64,000 nucleotides of DNA from an uncultured Bdellovibrionales bacterium (GCA_964416595.1 CAYQES010000006.1:44414-108413); one strand, 5' to 3'; positions 10,649-21,284 are shown, counted from the stretch's first letter. The notes: generated by a model not told the origin, from the letters alone. Made by a program: numbers and translations.

Positions 10649-12118
10649 ATGCATTTTTTCTTCCTGGTCCTTGCAGTACTAGCCACAGCCGCAGTCCCCA
10701 CCGTTACCACTAACTCGGCGAAAGAACCCTCCACCTTCCGCGTGCGGCTTGTGGAAGATCTCGGCACCCTCGATTGGAACTACGGAGAGATCAATCCGGA
10801 AATTTCTTATCAGCTAATGGAAGGCCTGTTCCGCACCAATGCCAAAGGCCAGGCGGTGCCGGCGGCGGCTAGAAGCTTTCGTTGGAATAAGGAAAAAACG
10901 GAACTTGTGGTGCAGCTCGATCCTGAGAGTCGCTGGAGCGATGGTTCGCCCCTCTGTGCCCAGCAGTTTGTGGATTCTTGGCAACGCTTAAAAGATAAAA
11001 CCTTCGCTTCTCCCTATGCGCACTATGCCCATACTTTAAAAAGTTTTGAGGCCAAGAGTTGCCGGGAGTTGCGGGTAAAATTTGAGCGGCCTAGCCCCGA
11101 AGCCACGGCGCTCTTTGCCCATTATGTGTTTTTTCCGATTCGCCTCGATCAGTTGAAAAAATCCCCGCAAATTTTTAAAGAGGGCGTGGGTTTGCTCGTG
11201 AATGGTCCTTATCAAGTGCAAGAGTGGAAAACAAACCAGAATCTCATGCTTCTGCGCAACCCTAGGTATGGGCGGAAAAAACCTGTGGTGGAACGGCTCG
11301 AGTTTTATTTTATTCCCGATGAAAATACCGCGCAGGTGATGTTTGAGCAAAAACGCATCGATTGGCTAAAAGATGTGCCACAGCTACTACGCACCAAAAC
11401 CATGGAGAAGAGCGCTGCCTTTCAAAGTTTTCCGAATCTTACGACATTTTATTTTGGCTTGAATGTGGGCAAATCAGAATTATTGCAAGACGAAGAAATC
11501 CGTTTTGCTTTGAGTGAAAGCTTGGACCGAAAAGAAATTTCCAAGATCCTCGGGAAAGAATACAAGGGCACAAAAGACTGGCTGTCGCCGGTGATTTTTC
11601 CCGCTCTCACGCCAGCCGCCACAGCCAATAAAAAGAAATTAGAAAGCGCCCGCAAAAAACTTGAGGCCGCCAAAGCCGCCGGTAAAATGGATTTGCTCTT
11701 AAGGGTGTATAGCAAAGCCGCCCACCGGTCCCTGGCCGAATGGGCCCAGGGGCAATGGGAGAAAAAACTTGGCGTGCGCATTCCCATAGAAGTGATCGAG
11801 GCCAAGGTGTACTGGCGGGAAATCTACACCGATCCGCCACCGATTTTCTTGAGCGGCGTAACGGCGCCTTATAGCCACCCGCGGGCGTTTCTCCAAGAAT
11901 TTCTTTCCACGAGTACTGCTAACTGGACAGGCTGGAGTTCTCCTGAGTACGACAAAGCTGTGAATGAAGATTTATTCCAAGAGGCCGAAGATATTTTGCA
12001 AAAGAGCGGCGTGATTGTGCCGCTCTACACGAGAGACACAGTGGCCCTAATCAATCCCCGCTGGAAAGGGTTTTACATTAATCCTTTAGGGCAGATTTTT
12101 CTGGGCGACTTACGCTAG
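10649..12118 (+). CDS. Solute-binding protein, ABC transporter family 5 (oligopeptide/dipeptide-binding-like), secreted
   Basis: The signal peptide is MHFFFLVLAVLATAAVPTVT. The family-5 SBP core is RVRLVEDLGTLDWNYGEI...YQLMEGLFR. No permease or ATPase genes are adjacent. Confidence 0.7.
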   Translation: MHFFFLVLAVLATAAVPTVTTNSAKEPSTFRVRLVEDLGTLDWNYGEINPEISYQLMEGLFRTNAKGQAVPAAARSFRWNKEKTELVVQLDPESRWSDGSPLCAQQFVDSWQRLKDKTFASPYAHYAHTLKSFEAKSCRELRVKFERPSPEATALFAHYVFFPIRLDQLKKSPQIFKEGVGLLVNGPYQVQEWKTNQNLMLLRNPRYGRKKPVVERLEFYFIPDENTAQVMFEQKRIDWLKDVPQLLRTKTMEKSAAFQSFPNLTTFYFGLNVGKSELLQDEEIRFALSESLDRKEISKILGKEYKGTKDWLSPVIFPALTPAATANKKKLESARKKLEAAKAAGKMDLLLRVYSKAAHRSLAEWAQGQWEKKLGVRIPIEVIEAKVYWREIYTDPPPIFLSGVTAPYSHPRAFLQEFLSTSTANWTGWSSPEYDKAVNEDLFQEAEDILQKSGVIVPLYTRDTVALINPRWKGFYINPLGQIFLGDLR

Positions 12119-13013
12119 TTTTGCGTTTGGCGGCTTTGGGCTTATTTTCTACCTTCTCCAAAAAAGAACGGATGATTTCTGTCACCAGATCCGCCTTTTC
12201 CATCTGCGGGCAGTGGGAGCCCTCGGGGATCACATGCAATTCTGCATTGGGTATAAGTTCCGCAAAAATTTTCTGGTTCTTTGAAGGCGTGATCAAATCG
12301 TTTTCGCCAGCGATCACGAGCGTGGGCGCTTTCACTTCCTGGAGCCAGTGGGTGCAGTCGGTTTTCATAAAATCGCTGATAAGGTTTAAAAAAATATCAA
12401 GATCTACAGTGCTCGTGAGGCGAAGGTATTCGTTGATATCTTCCCGTTTGGCGTACTTCGGATTGAAGCCTGCGAGGGCTACGAATTCCCGGTTGATGGG
12501 ATTGGTGCCTTGGTTCGCCCAGACTTTTTGTAAAATATCGGGAATAAAGCCGTGGGCTTTCTGCAAGAGGGGGAAAAGCACTTGCAGAAAATTGTGATGG
12601 AACATGGTTTCGAACGGATCTTTTGGCGTGCCGTTGGCTAATACGAGGGCCTGCACCCGTTCTGGCGCGAGGCGATAGAAATCCAAAATGATGTTCACGC
12701 CGAGGGAGTGGCCCAGCAAAGGAGCTGATTTAATTTCCAATTCGTCGAACAGCTCCAAAAGATCCCGGGCACAGCTTTCGATTGTCATGGTGCGGGCGTC
12801 TTCCGGGCGGGCGCTTTGGCCGTGGCCCCGGTAGTCCATGAAATACACCCGGTGGGTTTTGGCAAAGGCCTCCATTTGGTATTTCCACTGGAGCTTGGAA
12901 CACACAAGGCCATAGCAAAAAACTAAGGGCGGGGCATTTTTCGGGCCTTCGATAGAATAAAAAAGGCGCACTCCATCGCGGGTGCGGAAATAGCCCTGTT
13001 CTTCGCGGCTCAT
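12078..13013 (-). CDS. Alpha/beta-hydrolase fold protein
   Basis: The nucleophile elbow is GHSLG, with the HGxxxS-like context FCYGLVCSKLQW...MDYRGHGQS. The C-terminal tail is lysine-rich. The 3' end overlaps the convergent SBP gene by about 40 nt. Confidence 0.75.
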   Translation of the reverse strand: MSREEQGYFRTRDGVRLFYSIEGPKNAPPLVFCYGLVCSKLQWKYQMEAFAKTHRVYFMDYRGHGQSARPEDARTMTIESCARDLLELFDELEIKSAPLLGHSLGVNIILDFYRLAPERVQALVLANGTPKDPFETMFHHNFLQVLFPLLQKAHGFIPDILQKVWANQGTNPINREFVALAGFNPKYAKREDINEYLRLTSTVDLDIFLNLISDFMKTDCTHWLQEVKAPTLVIAGENDLITPSKNQKIFAELIPNAELHVIPEGSHCPQMEKADLVTEIIRSFLEKVENKPKAAKRKTSVSRPEKSALKD

Positions 13014-13507
13014 GGGGATCCTTTTTTGGGCAAGGGCGGAGGTTTGGGTGGGCCACCGGCGCCAGGTAGGGGCGGAGGTTTAGGCATGCCCGCACTGCTG
13101 GATTTCTCTAAATGCTCCAGAGCGTCTAAAATTGCTTTTTCCCGGCTACCTTCCACAAAACGGCTCGCTGCTTGGGGGTGTTGGAAGGGTTCAGGGGGAG
13201 TGGGTGGGTTTAGGTCCAGGCGGGAAAAGCTTACAGTGGTGCGTCCCATGCTGATGCTATCCCGTTCCTTCAAGGGCGCAGGATTTTCAAAAGGGCGGCC
13301 ATTCAAGCGGATTTCAATGTCTTCATCCAAATTTTCCAGGAAAAATCCTTGGCCTTGCGCAAAAACCCGGATTTGCAAGGGTGCCAGGGCCGGATCATCG
13401 ATCAGCATATCACCTTCCGTTTGGCCGAACGTGAGTTGGTTGCCCAGATGTTGGTAGGTAGACTGTTGGCTTTTGTCCGGGGCAACGATGATTTTAAACT
13501 CGATCAT
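13010..13507 (-). CDS. FHA-domain protein with a proline-rich C-terminal tail
   Basis: The FHA core is LTFGQTEGDMLIDDPALAPLQIRVFAQGQGFFLENLDEDIEIRLNGRPF. The C-terminal PKPPPLP motif occurs twice. Confidence 0.7.
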   Translation of the reverse strand: MIEFKIIVAPDKSQQSTYQHLGNQLTFGQTEGDMLIDDPALAPLQIRVFAQGQGFFLENLDEDIEIRLNGRPFENPAPLKERDSISMGRTTVSFSRLDLNPPTPPEPFQHPQAASRFVEGSREKAILDALEHLEKSSSAGMPKPPPLPGAGGPPKPPPLPKKGSP

Positions 13508-13537
13508 TTCTTCTTAGTATAACGGGAAAAATTTCCT

Positions 13538-16500
13538 TTGCACCCCCTCACCTTTCATCTAGATTGGAAACCCATGAAACAGGTAGAGAACCGAAAAGAA
13601 CGGACTACTTTGCTCCGAAATCGCTTGAAAGAGCGTATTTTGGTGTTAGACGGCGCCACGGGTACCGCTCTGCAGGAAGAAAATCTTACCGCCAAGGATT
13701 TTGGCGGCGAGGAATTCGAGGGTTGCAACGAGAATTTGGTTCTTACGCGCCCCGATGTGGTGAAGCGCATCCACGAAAAATATTTAAAAGCCGGCGCTGA
13801 TATCGTGGAAACCAACACTTTCGGCGGCACACCGATGGTGCTCGGCGAATATGGGCTTTCCGAGAAGGCTTACGAGATCAACAAGCGAGCCTGCGAAATT
13901 GCGCGGGAAGCTTGTAGGGAATTTTCCACACCTGACTGGCCCCGCTTCGTGGCCGCGTCCATTGGCCCTACCACAAAAGCAATCTCCGTAACTGGCGGAA
14001 TCACGTTTGATGAATTGGCCGAACAATTTTACCAGCAAGTCAAAGGTCTCTATGACGGTGGCGCCGATTACTTCTTAATCGAAACTTGCAACGATACTTC
14101 CAACGTGAAAGCTTGCTTGCACGCCATTGATCGCTTGCATAGTGAAGTGGCTGATCCTTTGCCTGTGGCTGTTTCCGGCACGATTGAACCTATGGGAACC
14201 ATGTTGGGTGGCCAGGGCGTGGACGCTCTTCTGACTTCCCTCATGCATCGGGATTTACTCTATGTGGGCTTGAATTGCGCCACGGGCCCTGAGTTCATGA
14301 CAGATCACATTCGCACGTTGGCTGGTATGTCGCCTTTCCCCGTGGCTTGCGTGCCCAATGCGGGTTTGCCGGACGAAAACGGCCAGTACTTAGAAACTCC
14401 AGAGCTTGTGGGCAAAGTGATTTCCCGATTTATCGAAAAAGGTTGGCTAAATGTGCTCGGTGGCTGTTGCGGTACCCATGGTGGTCACGTGCAACATTTG
14501 CGGGAAATTGCTGACCGCGCTAGTCCTCGAGTGGTTGCCGCGCCTCGGGCATCTCGTCTTTCAGGGATTGAGTATTTAGAAGTCACTGACGAAATGCGGC
14601 CATTACTCGTGGGCGAACGCACCAACGTGATCGGCTCCAAAAAATTCCGGGAACTGATCCAGGCCGGCAAATGGGAAGAAGCTGCGGAAGTGGGCCGCGC
14701 CCAAGTGAAAAAAGGCGCCCATATCGTGGATGTTTGCCTCTCGAACCCCGATCGCAACGAACAAGAAGATTTACAAAAATTCATGCCCGAGCTTCTAAAA
14801 AAAGTGCGGGTGCCCGTGATGATCGATTCCACGGATGCCTCCGTGATCGAAGACGCTTTAAAACTCGTGCAAGGCAAAAGCATCATCAATTCCGTGAATT
14901 TGGAAGACGGTGAAGAGCGCTTTGCCCACGTTCTACCTTTGGCGCGCAACTATGGCGCCGCCGTGGTGGTGGGCTGCATCGACGACGATCCAGAGCAGGG
15001 CATGGGCGTAACCCGTGAGAGAAAATTAGCCATTGCCGAGCGCGAATACAATTTACTCACGAAAAAATACGGCATTCCGCCGGAAGATATTTACTGGGAC
15101 GCCCTCGTTTTCCCCTGCGGCACGGGCGATGCGCAATACCGCGGCTCCGCCGTGGAAACCATCGAGGGCGTGCGGCTGTTGAAAGAAAAATTTCCTGGCA
15201 CAAAAACGGTGCTCGGAATTTCGAACGTCTCCTTTGGTTTACCCGCTGTGGGCCGGGAAGTACTGAATGCGGTTTTCCTCTACCACTGCGTGAAGGCGGG
15301 CTTGGATTGCGCAATCGTGAATTCTGAAAAAATTCCGCGCTTTGGTTCTTTGAGTGCTGAAGAAGTGAAGGTGTGTGAGGATCTGTTGTGGAACCGGGGC
15401 GAAGATCCCGTGGCCACGTTCGCCGCTTTTTTCCGGGCCGCACGGCCCAAGGCCAAGGAAGTGCGCCAAGAACTTCCTTTGGATGAGCGCCTGGCCCAGT
15501 ACATCGTGGAAGGCACGAAAGAGGGTTTGTTTGCGGATCTCGATTTAAAACGAAAAGAGATGAAGCCACTCGATATCATCAACGGCCCACTCATGCGGGG
15601 CATGGATACGGTGGGGCGCCTCTTTAATAAAAACGAAATGATTGTGGCCGAAGTGTTACAAAGCGCCGAGGCCATGAAGGCCGCGGTAACTTACCTCGAA
15701 CCCTATATGGAAAAAACGGACACGGCTCTGCGCGGAACCGTGGTGCTTGCCACCGTGAAGGGCGATGTGCACGATATCGGCAAAAATTTGGTAGATATCA
15801 TTTTCTCCAACAATGGTTTCCGCGTGGTGAACCTCGGCATCAAAATCCCTTCGGAGCAATTGATCCACGCCGTGCGGGAACATAAGCCAGATATTTTGGG
15901 GCTCTCAGGATTGCTCGTGAAGAGCGCTCAGCAAATGGAACTTTCCGCCGGTGATTTGCAGCAGGCGGGTTTAAATGTGCCAATTCTCGTGGGGGGCGCC
16001 GCGCTCACACAAAATTTTACGGATAAACGCATTGCCAAAGCTTACGGTGCTGGTCTCGTGGCTTACGCCCGGGATGCCATGGGGGGCCTCGAACTCGCCA
16101 AACAGATCGTGGACAAAGAACTGCGCCCGGGACTAGAAGACACTTTGCGGCAGCGCCAGAGCGAATTGCAACGGCAAAGTGCGGAAGGGGCATCGGCGCC
16201 GGCGGTGACCGTGAAAGAGCGTTCGAAACTTGTGCCTGTTTTGGGCGAATTACCCCGGGCTCCCGATTTTGAACGCCATGTGATCCGCGGTCAGTCTCTA
16301 GATCTCGTGTGGAAGTATATGAACAACCTTGTGCTCTTCTACCGGCACTTAGGAATTCCCGGAGAAGCCGTGAAGCTCTGGCAAAAAGGGGATCGCAGTG
16401 CTTTAGCTTCGCACCCGAGTGGCGCCAAGATGCTGGAGTTCGCGCAAGTGGTAGAAGATTTGAAGGGTGAAATTAAACGTAATGGCCTCGTGGCCGTGGA

Positions 16501-17092
16501 AGCCGTTTACCAATTCTTTCCCGCCGCGAGCGAAGGCAATGCTTTGCACCTTTACGGAGCAGAAAGTTTTCCAAAACCCAGAGCGGTGTTTGAATTTCCC
16601 CGCCAGGCAAAGGTAGATGGTTTATGTTTATCAGATTTTGCTCAGCCTTTAGCGGCTTCGGCTAAAGGACGTTTAGATCAGGTAGCACTCTTCTGCGTGA
16701 CGGCCGGTAAAGGCGTGCGAGCCCGCACGGAAGAGTTAAAAAAGCGGGGCGAATATTTGAAAGCCCATGCGCTTGCGGCCCTCGCCATCGAAACGGCGGA
16801 AGCCTATGCTGAGTTACTGCATGCACAGATCCGCTCCCAGTGGGGCTTTCCTGACTCTCCTGATCTCACCATGATGGATCGTTTCCAGGCCAAATACCGG
16901 GGTTGTCGTTATTCTTTTGGCTATCCCGCTTGCCCCCGTCTCGACGACCAGGCGATTTTGTGGCAGCTCCTGGATCCCACGGAAATCGGCGTGCAACTCA
17001 CCGACGGTTTCATGATGGATCCTGAAGCTTCCGTTTCCGCCTTGGTATTTCATCATCCAGAGGCCAAGTATTTTGGCGTGGGGGAAGCATGA
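13538..17092 (+). CDS. metH: Cobalamin-dependent methionine synthase
   Basis: The product is 1184 aa. It has a homocysteine-binding barrel, a pterin-binding domain, the B12-binding motif DVHDIGKNLV and a C-terminal AdoMet-activation domain. The true start may be the ATG at 13574. Confidence 0.95.
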   Translation: MHPLTFHLDWKPMKQVENRKERTTLLRNRLKERILVLDGATGTALQEENLTAKDFGGEEFEGCNENLVLTRPDVVKRIHEKYLKAGADIVETNTFGGTPMVLGEYGLSEKAYEINKRACEIAREACREFSTPDWPRFVAASIGPTTKAISVTGGITFDELAEQFYQQVKGLYDGGADYFLIETCNDTSNVKACLHAIDRLHSEVADPLPVAVSGTIEPMGTMLGGQGVDALLTSLMHRDLLYVGLNCATGPEFMTDHIRTLAGMSPFPVACVPNAGLPDENGQYLETPELVGKVISRFIEKGWLNVLGGCCGTHGGHVQHLREIADRASPRVVAAPRASRLSGIEYLEVTDEMRPLLVGERTNVIGSKKFRELIQAGKWEEAAEVGRAQVKKGAHIVDVCLSNPDRNEQEDLQKFMPELLKKVRVPVMIDSTDASVIEDALKLVQGKSIINSVNLEDGEERFAHVLPLARNYGAAVVVGCIDDDPEQGMGVTRERKLAIAEREYNLLTKKYGIPPEDIYWDALVFPCGTGDAQYRGSAVETIEGVRLLKEKFPGTKTVLGISNVSFGLPAVGREVLNAVFLYHCVKAGLDCAIVNSEKIPRFGSLSAEEVKVCEDLLWNRGEDPVATFAAFFRAARPKAKEVRQELPLDERLAQYIVEGTKEGLFADLDLKRKEMKPLDIINGPLMRGMDTVGRLFNKNEMIVAEVLQSAEAMKAAVTYLEPYMEKTDTALRGTVVLATVKGDVHDIGKNLVDIIFSNNGFRVVNLGIKIPSEQLIHAVREHKPDILGLSGLLVKSAQQMELSAGDLQQAGLNVPILVGGAALTQNFTDKRIAKAYGAGLVAYARDAMGGLELAKQIVDKELRPGLEDTLRQRQSELQRQSAEGASAPAVTVKERSKLVPVLGELPRAPDFERHVIRGQSLDLVWKYMNNLVLFYRHLGIPGEAVKLWQKGDRSALASHPSGAKMLEFAQVVEDLKGEIKRNGLVAVEAVYQFFPAASEGNALHLYGAESFPKPRAVFEFPRQAKVDGLCLSDFAQPLAASAKGRLDQVALFCVTAGKGVRARTEELKKRGEYLKAHALAALAIETAEAYAELLHAQIRSQWGFPDSPDLTMMDRFQAKYRGCRYSFGYPACPRLDDQAILWQLLDPTEIGVQLTDGFMMDPEASVSALVFHHPEAKYFGVGEA

Positions 17093-17604
17093 AACATTTG
17101 TGGTGGCCCGTGATTGTGGTAGGAATTTTGGCGGGCAGTGCGTGGCTGCTATTGCGCACGGAGCAAGCGCCCTTACCGCCCGTGGTGGCGGAAAATCCTG
17201 TGGCGGCGGTTGATCCTGCGGCTGCCGTGGTGGAAGAAGAAAGCACTCCGCAAATTACGGTAGAACAGTTTCGTTCCTTAGGCGCAGAAGTGATGCGCTC
17301 CCTTCCCACGAGGCAATCCGTAAAGTCCCTTACGGCCGAGGAAACCCATGGAGTGCCAGTGCCTTTATTTGTGGCGGGCGAACGTTTGGGCGCCATCGCT
17401 GAAGCTGTGGAAAATAATTTTTCTTTAGCTGAAGAAGCTATTCTTTTGTACAAAGGCTGCGCGAGCTCAGGTCAGTACCCGGATTCGGTGCGGGCTCTGT
17501 GTTATCTCAACTACCGCGCATTAGTGAAAAAATTAGGCCAACCCGTTGCTCGCAAATTGGTTCCTTCCCACATCAGTGATTTTGCGGAGCGGTTGAAGAA
17601 TTAA
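17089..17604 (+). CDS. Hypothetical membrane-anchored protein with an Ala/Pro/Val-rich linker
   Basis: The start overlaps the metH stop (ATGA). An N-terminal transmembrane helix is MKHLWWPVIVVGILAGSAWLLL. Confidence 0.5.
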   Translation: MKHLWWPVIVVGILAGSAWLLLRTEQAPLPPVVAENPVAAVDPAAAVVEEESTPQITVEQFRSLGAEVMRSLPTRQSVKSLTAEETHGVPVPLFVAGERLGAIAEAVENNFSLAEEAILLYKGCASSGQYPDSVRALCYLNYRALVKKLGQPVARKLVPSHISDFAERLKN

Positions 17605-17605
17605 T

Positions 17606-18082
17606 ATGTGGCTGGTGTTGTTAGTTCTTAGCGTGCATTCGCTGGCGGCGCAGATTTCGCAAAAAGAATTGCTGGATTACGCGGATAAATATTCCTATAG
17701 CGATAATCGTAAAAATTTGGGACGCGATAAAGTTTATTCTGCCCAGAAGGGGGATAGAGACGAAGAAACATCCACTTTGCTGCTGGCCTTTCCTGGTCCT
17801 AAATCCTTTCGGCAGGTGGCACTTATGTGCAACCGTTGCGGGGCGGATCTATCTTTGGAAGTTTGTAAAAATGAGTTTATCCAGCTGTATCAAAAATTGA
17901 CGGGTAAGGAACCCTCTTCCAAGCTCATTGCCAAGATCCAAATCCATCAAGATGAAAAGCAAAAGCTGGATTCTTTTAACTCTCAGTTAAGGCTTCGGTT
18001 GTCATCGGGTGCTTTGTACTGTGACGGAGCTAGAGGGAATGGTTTGGGAAGTAGTTTGCGGTTCGATTTTTTTCTGAACTAG
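17606..18082 (+). CDS. Hypothetical secreted protein
   Basis: It follows the previous gene after a 1-nt gap. The signal peptide is MWLVLLVLSVHSLAAQ. Confidence 0.45.
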   Translation: MWLVLLVLSVHSLAAQISQKELLDYADKYSYSDNRKNLGRDKVYSAQKGDRDEETSTLLLAFPGPKSFRQVALMCNRCGADLSLEVCKNEFIQLYQKLTGKEPSSKLIAKIQIHQDEKQKLDSFNSQLRLRLSSGALYCDGARGNGLGSSLRFDFFLN

Positions 18083-18164
18083 GGATAACGCAAAGCGACT
18101 TCGCGCCGGGGGAGCTATGCGTCGCAAGCCCAGAAAAATTTTAAGCCATTGTTTTTATTCAATA

Positions 18165-18200
18165 ACGCAATGCGAACTCGTGGCGAGTTCGCATTGCGTC
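18165..18200. repeat. REP-like perfect palindrome, copy 1 (16-bp arms, 3-nt loop): ACGCAATGCGAACTCG-tgg-CGAGTTCGCATTGCGT
   Basis: The palindrome was read directly. It shares the core TGCGAACTCG-N3-CGAGTTCGCA with a second copy at 36510-36540. It is intergenic, between convergent genes. Confidence 0.6.
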
Positions 18201-18207
18201 AACAAAC

Positions 18208-20406
18208 CTATCCGCTCTTCAATGTCTGCGCCGCCGCTTCCACGGCCTGGCGGAACCAGGCCCCAAGCTTTTCATGCTCCGGCATTCGGAGCTCTGGATC
18301 TGAGTGGTAAATCCGCTCTGCTTCCTTACGAGCCAATTCCAATAATTCTGCGTCCCGCTGCAAATCCGCCAAACGGAAAGTGGGCGAGCCGCTTTGCTTA
18401 GTGCCGAAAAAATCTCCCGGGCCCCGGAGCTTTAAATCTTGCTCGGCGATATCGAAGCCGCTCCGGCTCTTTTCCAAAACCATCAATCGCACCCAGGGGC
18501 TTTCGTCTTCCACGCCCTCTTCACTATCCACCGCTTCCGCTGCCCGCACCACGCCAGGTGGTGGCACTTCGGTAACCAACACACAATAACTTTTATGCTC
18601 ACCCCGGCCCACTCGGCCCCGGAGTTGGTGCAATTGAGAAAGGCCAAAGCGCTCCGCATTTTCAATTGCCATCACGGTGGCGTTGGGCACATCCACGCCC
18701 ACTTCGATCACAGTGGTGGAAACCAAAACATCATACTCATGGTTTTTAAAAGCCCGCATCACGCGGTTGCGCTCATCGGAGTCCATCTGGCCATGCACCA
18801 TCGCCAGGCGTAATCCGGCCAAGGGGCCCTCCTGCAAGCGGGCAAATTCGGTTTCCACGCTGCGGATTTTTTCCATTCCTTCTTTATCGGAGTCAGAAAC
18901 CAACGGATACACAATATAGCCCTGACGTTTTTCGTCCGCCTCGCGCCTTAGCAAATTATACAAACGGCTGCGGTCGCTGCCCCGAATGATCTTGGTCACG
19001 ATTTCCTGACGGCCCGGAGGTAATTCATCAATCGTGGTTACATCGAGCTCGCCAAAGATGGTAAGCGCAAGCGACCGGGGAATGGGTGTGGCTGTCATGG
19101 TGAGGATGTGGGGAAAACTGCCGGAGGGAGATTTTTCTTTCAAGGCCGCCCGCTGGCGCACACCGAAGCGGTGTTGTTCGTCCACGATCACGAGGGATAA
19201 ATGTTTCCAGTTTACGCCCTCTTGGATCAGCGCATGGGTTCCGATCACGATGCGCGCTTCTCCCGAGGCAATTTTTCGTAAAGCCGCCTCCTTCTCTACG
19301 CGCGATAAGCTCCCCGTGAGCAATACCGCCTCCACACCTGTGCCCGCCAGAATCTTCTGGGCATTTTGGAAATGTTGTTCCGCCAAAATCTCCGTGGGCG
19401 CCATCAAGGCGGTTTGCCGATCGCTCTCTGCCACTTCAAGGGCCGCGAATAGTGCCACAAAAGTTTTCCCGCTGCCCACATCCCCCTGCACGATGCGGTT
19501 CATGGCTTTATCCCGCTGAAGATCGCCCAAAATTTCGGCGATGGCCCGCTCTTGGGCTTGGGTCAGCTGGTAAGGAAAATTCTTCCGCGCCTTTTGCGCA
19601 AGCCCGCCCTTCACCCGCAGCGGAATGGCGGGTTCCGGCTGCACGCCGGTGCGGTCCATGAGCAGTACCAATTGGAATTTAAAAAATTCCTCGAAGATCA
19701 AACGACGCAAAGCCGGGCTGATTGTTTCCACAGAAGGAATTTCCGGCGGAAAGTGCATGAGCTGCAAAGCCTCAGCTAAGGGAGGCAAAGAAAACTTTTC
19801 CCGCACGGAAGCCGGCAACACATCCTCCACGAGAGGTAGACCAGTTTCCAAACAGCGCTGCATGGTTTCCCGGATGAATTTTTGCGTGAGTTTTTCCGAG
19901 CGGGAGTAAATCGGCACCACCCGGCCCCAGTGGAGAGAAACTGGTACTTTCTCCTTACCGGGCCGTCCGCGAAGGATCTCTACGTCCGGGTGCACGATCT
20001 GGGGCGCGCCTTTATATTTTTTTAAAGCGCCTTGGAAAATCGCCCATTGGCCCGGAGCGAGTTTTTCTTTTAAACCTTTGTAAGTGCGAAACCAGGTAAG
20101 CGTGAGGAGATCGCCCTTTTCGCCCATGGCCACTACTTCAAACAAGGTGAGTTTACGACCCCGTAGCGGGATTTCTTTTTGGCGCTCGATGCGGGCGGCT
20201 ACGGTAACTTGCACGCCTTCTGATAGAGAAACTAAATCCTGGGGCTCGCACAAGCGGCGGCGATCCTCATACCGGCGGGGAAAATAGTAGAGAGCATCCT
20301 GTAGCGTGATAATGCCCTTACGCGCGAAGGCCGCAGCCCGGGCGGGACCTAAGCCTTTTAAGTACTGCAGGGGAGTTGCAAGGGATTTAGCGGTACTGGA
20401 TGCCAC
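18208..20406 (-). CDS. recG: ATP-dependent DNA helicase RecG
   Basis: The product is 732 aa. It has wedge/OB N-terminal and helicase motifs ([15 protein letters not shown]). The C-terminus is typical of RecG. Confidence 0.9.
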   Translation of the reverse strand: MASSTAKSLATPLQYLKGLGPARAAAFARKGIITLQDALYYFPRRYEDRRRLCEPQDLVSLSEGVQVTVAARIERQKEIPLRGRKLTLFEVVAMGEKGDLLTLTWFRTYKGLKEKLAPGQWAIFQGALKKYKGAPQIVHPDVEILRGRPGKEKVPVSLHWGRVVPIYSRSEKLTQKFIRETMQRCLETGLPLVEDVLPASVREKFSLPPLAEALQLMHFPPEIPSVETISPALRRLIFEEFFKFQLVLLMDRTGVQPEPAIPLRVKGGLAQKARKNFPYQLTQAQERAIAEILGDLQRDKAMNRIVQGDVGSGKTFVALFAALEVAESDRQTALMAPTEILAEQHFQNAQKILAGTGVEAVLLTGSLSRVEKEAALRKIASGEARIVIGTHALIQEGVNWKHLSLVIVDEQHRFGVRQRAALKEKSPSGSFPHILTMTATPIPRSLALTIFGELDVTTIDELPPGRQEIVTKIIRGSDRSRLYNLLRREADEKRQGYIVYPLVSDSDKEGMEKIRSVETEFARLQEGPLAGLRLAMVHGQMDSDERNRVMRAFKNHEYDVLVSTTVIEVGVDVPNATVMAIENAERFGLSQLHQLRGRVGRGEHKSYCVLVTEVPPPGVVRAAEAVDSEEGVEDESPWVRLMVLEKSRSGFDIAEQDLKLRGPGDFFGTKQSGSPTFRLADLQRDAELLELARKEAERIYHSDPELRMPEHEKLGAWFRQAVEAAAQTLKSG

Positions 20407-20869
20407 GAATTTCGTAACTGCTACCGCCGCGGGGCGTAGCGACTTTTACTTCATCGCCCTGCTTTTTGCCGATGAGCGCACGGGCGATAGGTGAGGCTAT
20501 ACTAATTTTGTTTTTGGAAATATCCGCTTCATCGATGCCTACAATTTTATACGTAACGGCTTGACCAGAATCCGTGTCTTCCAATTCCACGGTGGCGCCA
20601 AACACAATATGTGGATAGTTCAAGGTAGAGGGATCGATCACTTGGGCGCCGGAAATCACGCCATTAATGTGTTGGATGCGGCCTTCCACGAAGGCTTGTC
20701 GCTCCTTGGCAGCAGCGTATTCGGCATTTTCCTTCAAATCCCCGTGGGCGCGGGCTTCTTCGATGGCTTGGATCACACTGGGGCGCTCCACGCTGAGCAA
20801 GCGTTTTAATTCTTCTTCGAGAAGACGCTTACCTTCAAGGGTGATGGGGAAGATTTTTGAGTCCTGCAT
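20387..20869 (-). CDS. greA: Transcription elongation factor GreA
   Basis: The product is 160 aa. It has a coiled-coil N-terminus with the acidic tip and an FKBP-like C-terminus. It overlaps the recG start by 20 nt. Confidence 0.9.
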   Translation of the reverse strand: MQDSKIFPITLEGKRLLEEELKRLLSVERPSVIQAIEEARAHGDLKENAEYAAAKERQAFVEGRIQHINGVISGAQVIDPSTLNYPHIVFGATVELEDTDSGQAVTYKIVGIDEADISKNKISIASPIARALIGKKQGDEVKVATPRGGSSYEIRGIQYR

Positions 20870-20968
20870 AGTGAAAATTAGTAGTACTTCCGCGGCGTTT
20901 TCCCGTCAAGTTCTCCTTGTAAAAGAGCGAGGTTTGTTAGACCTTTTAGGAACATTAGGAGGGAAATT

Positions 20969-21284
20969 CATGAAAATTTTTAAGGCAGGCATTCGCCGTG
21001 AGCCAGGCTTTCTCTATTTTATCGACAAAAAAGGCAACGTTTGCAAAGTGAAGATGGCCCGGGGTGGATCCGGTGGTAAGGCTAAGCCCATCGTGATCGT
21101 AAAAGCCGGAATTAAGCGGCAAGAGGGCCATTTGTATTTCGTGGACAAACAGGGAGATGTTTCCGCTGTGAAAATGAGCCGAGGTGGTCGTAAAAAAAGC
21201 AAAAAGAAAGCGACCAAAAAATCCGCTAAGAAAACGAAAAAGTCTGCGAAGAAGACCAAGAAAAAAGCGAAGCGCAGACGTTAA
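20969..21284 (+). CDS. Small basic nucleoid-type protein: tandemly duplicated ~35-aa N-terminal module plus a histone H1-like Lys/Ala-rich C-terminal tail
   Basis: GGAGG lies 7 nt upstream of the ATG at 20969. Two modules, KAGIRREPGFLYFIDKKGNVCKVKMARGG and KAGIKRQEGHLYFVDKQGDVSAVKMSRGG, are tandemly duplicated. The tail is KKSKKKATKKSAKKTKKSAKKTKKKAKRRR. Confidence 0.6.

Noticed and set aside
13508-13573. A possible riboswitch or leader upstream of metH
   Set aside because: The leader is at most about 65 nt between the FHA gene start and metH. That is too short for a cobalamin or SAM riboswitch aptamer, and no conserved aptamer elements were recognised.
13555-17056. Numerous 60-170-aa ORFs on both strands inside metH, for example 14485-14949, 15057-15569, 15280-15675 and 16814-17056
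   Set aside because: They lie fully within the metH CDS in alternative frames. They have Arg/Ser/Pro-rich composition typical of out-of-frame translation of a GC-rich gene.
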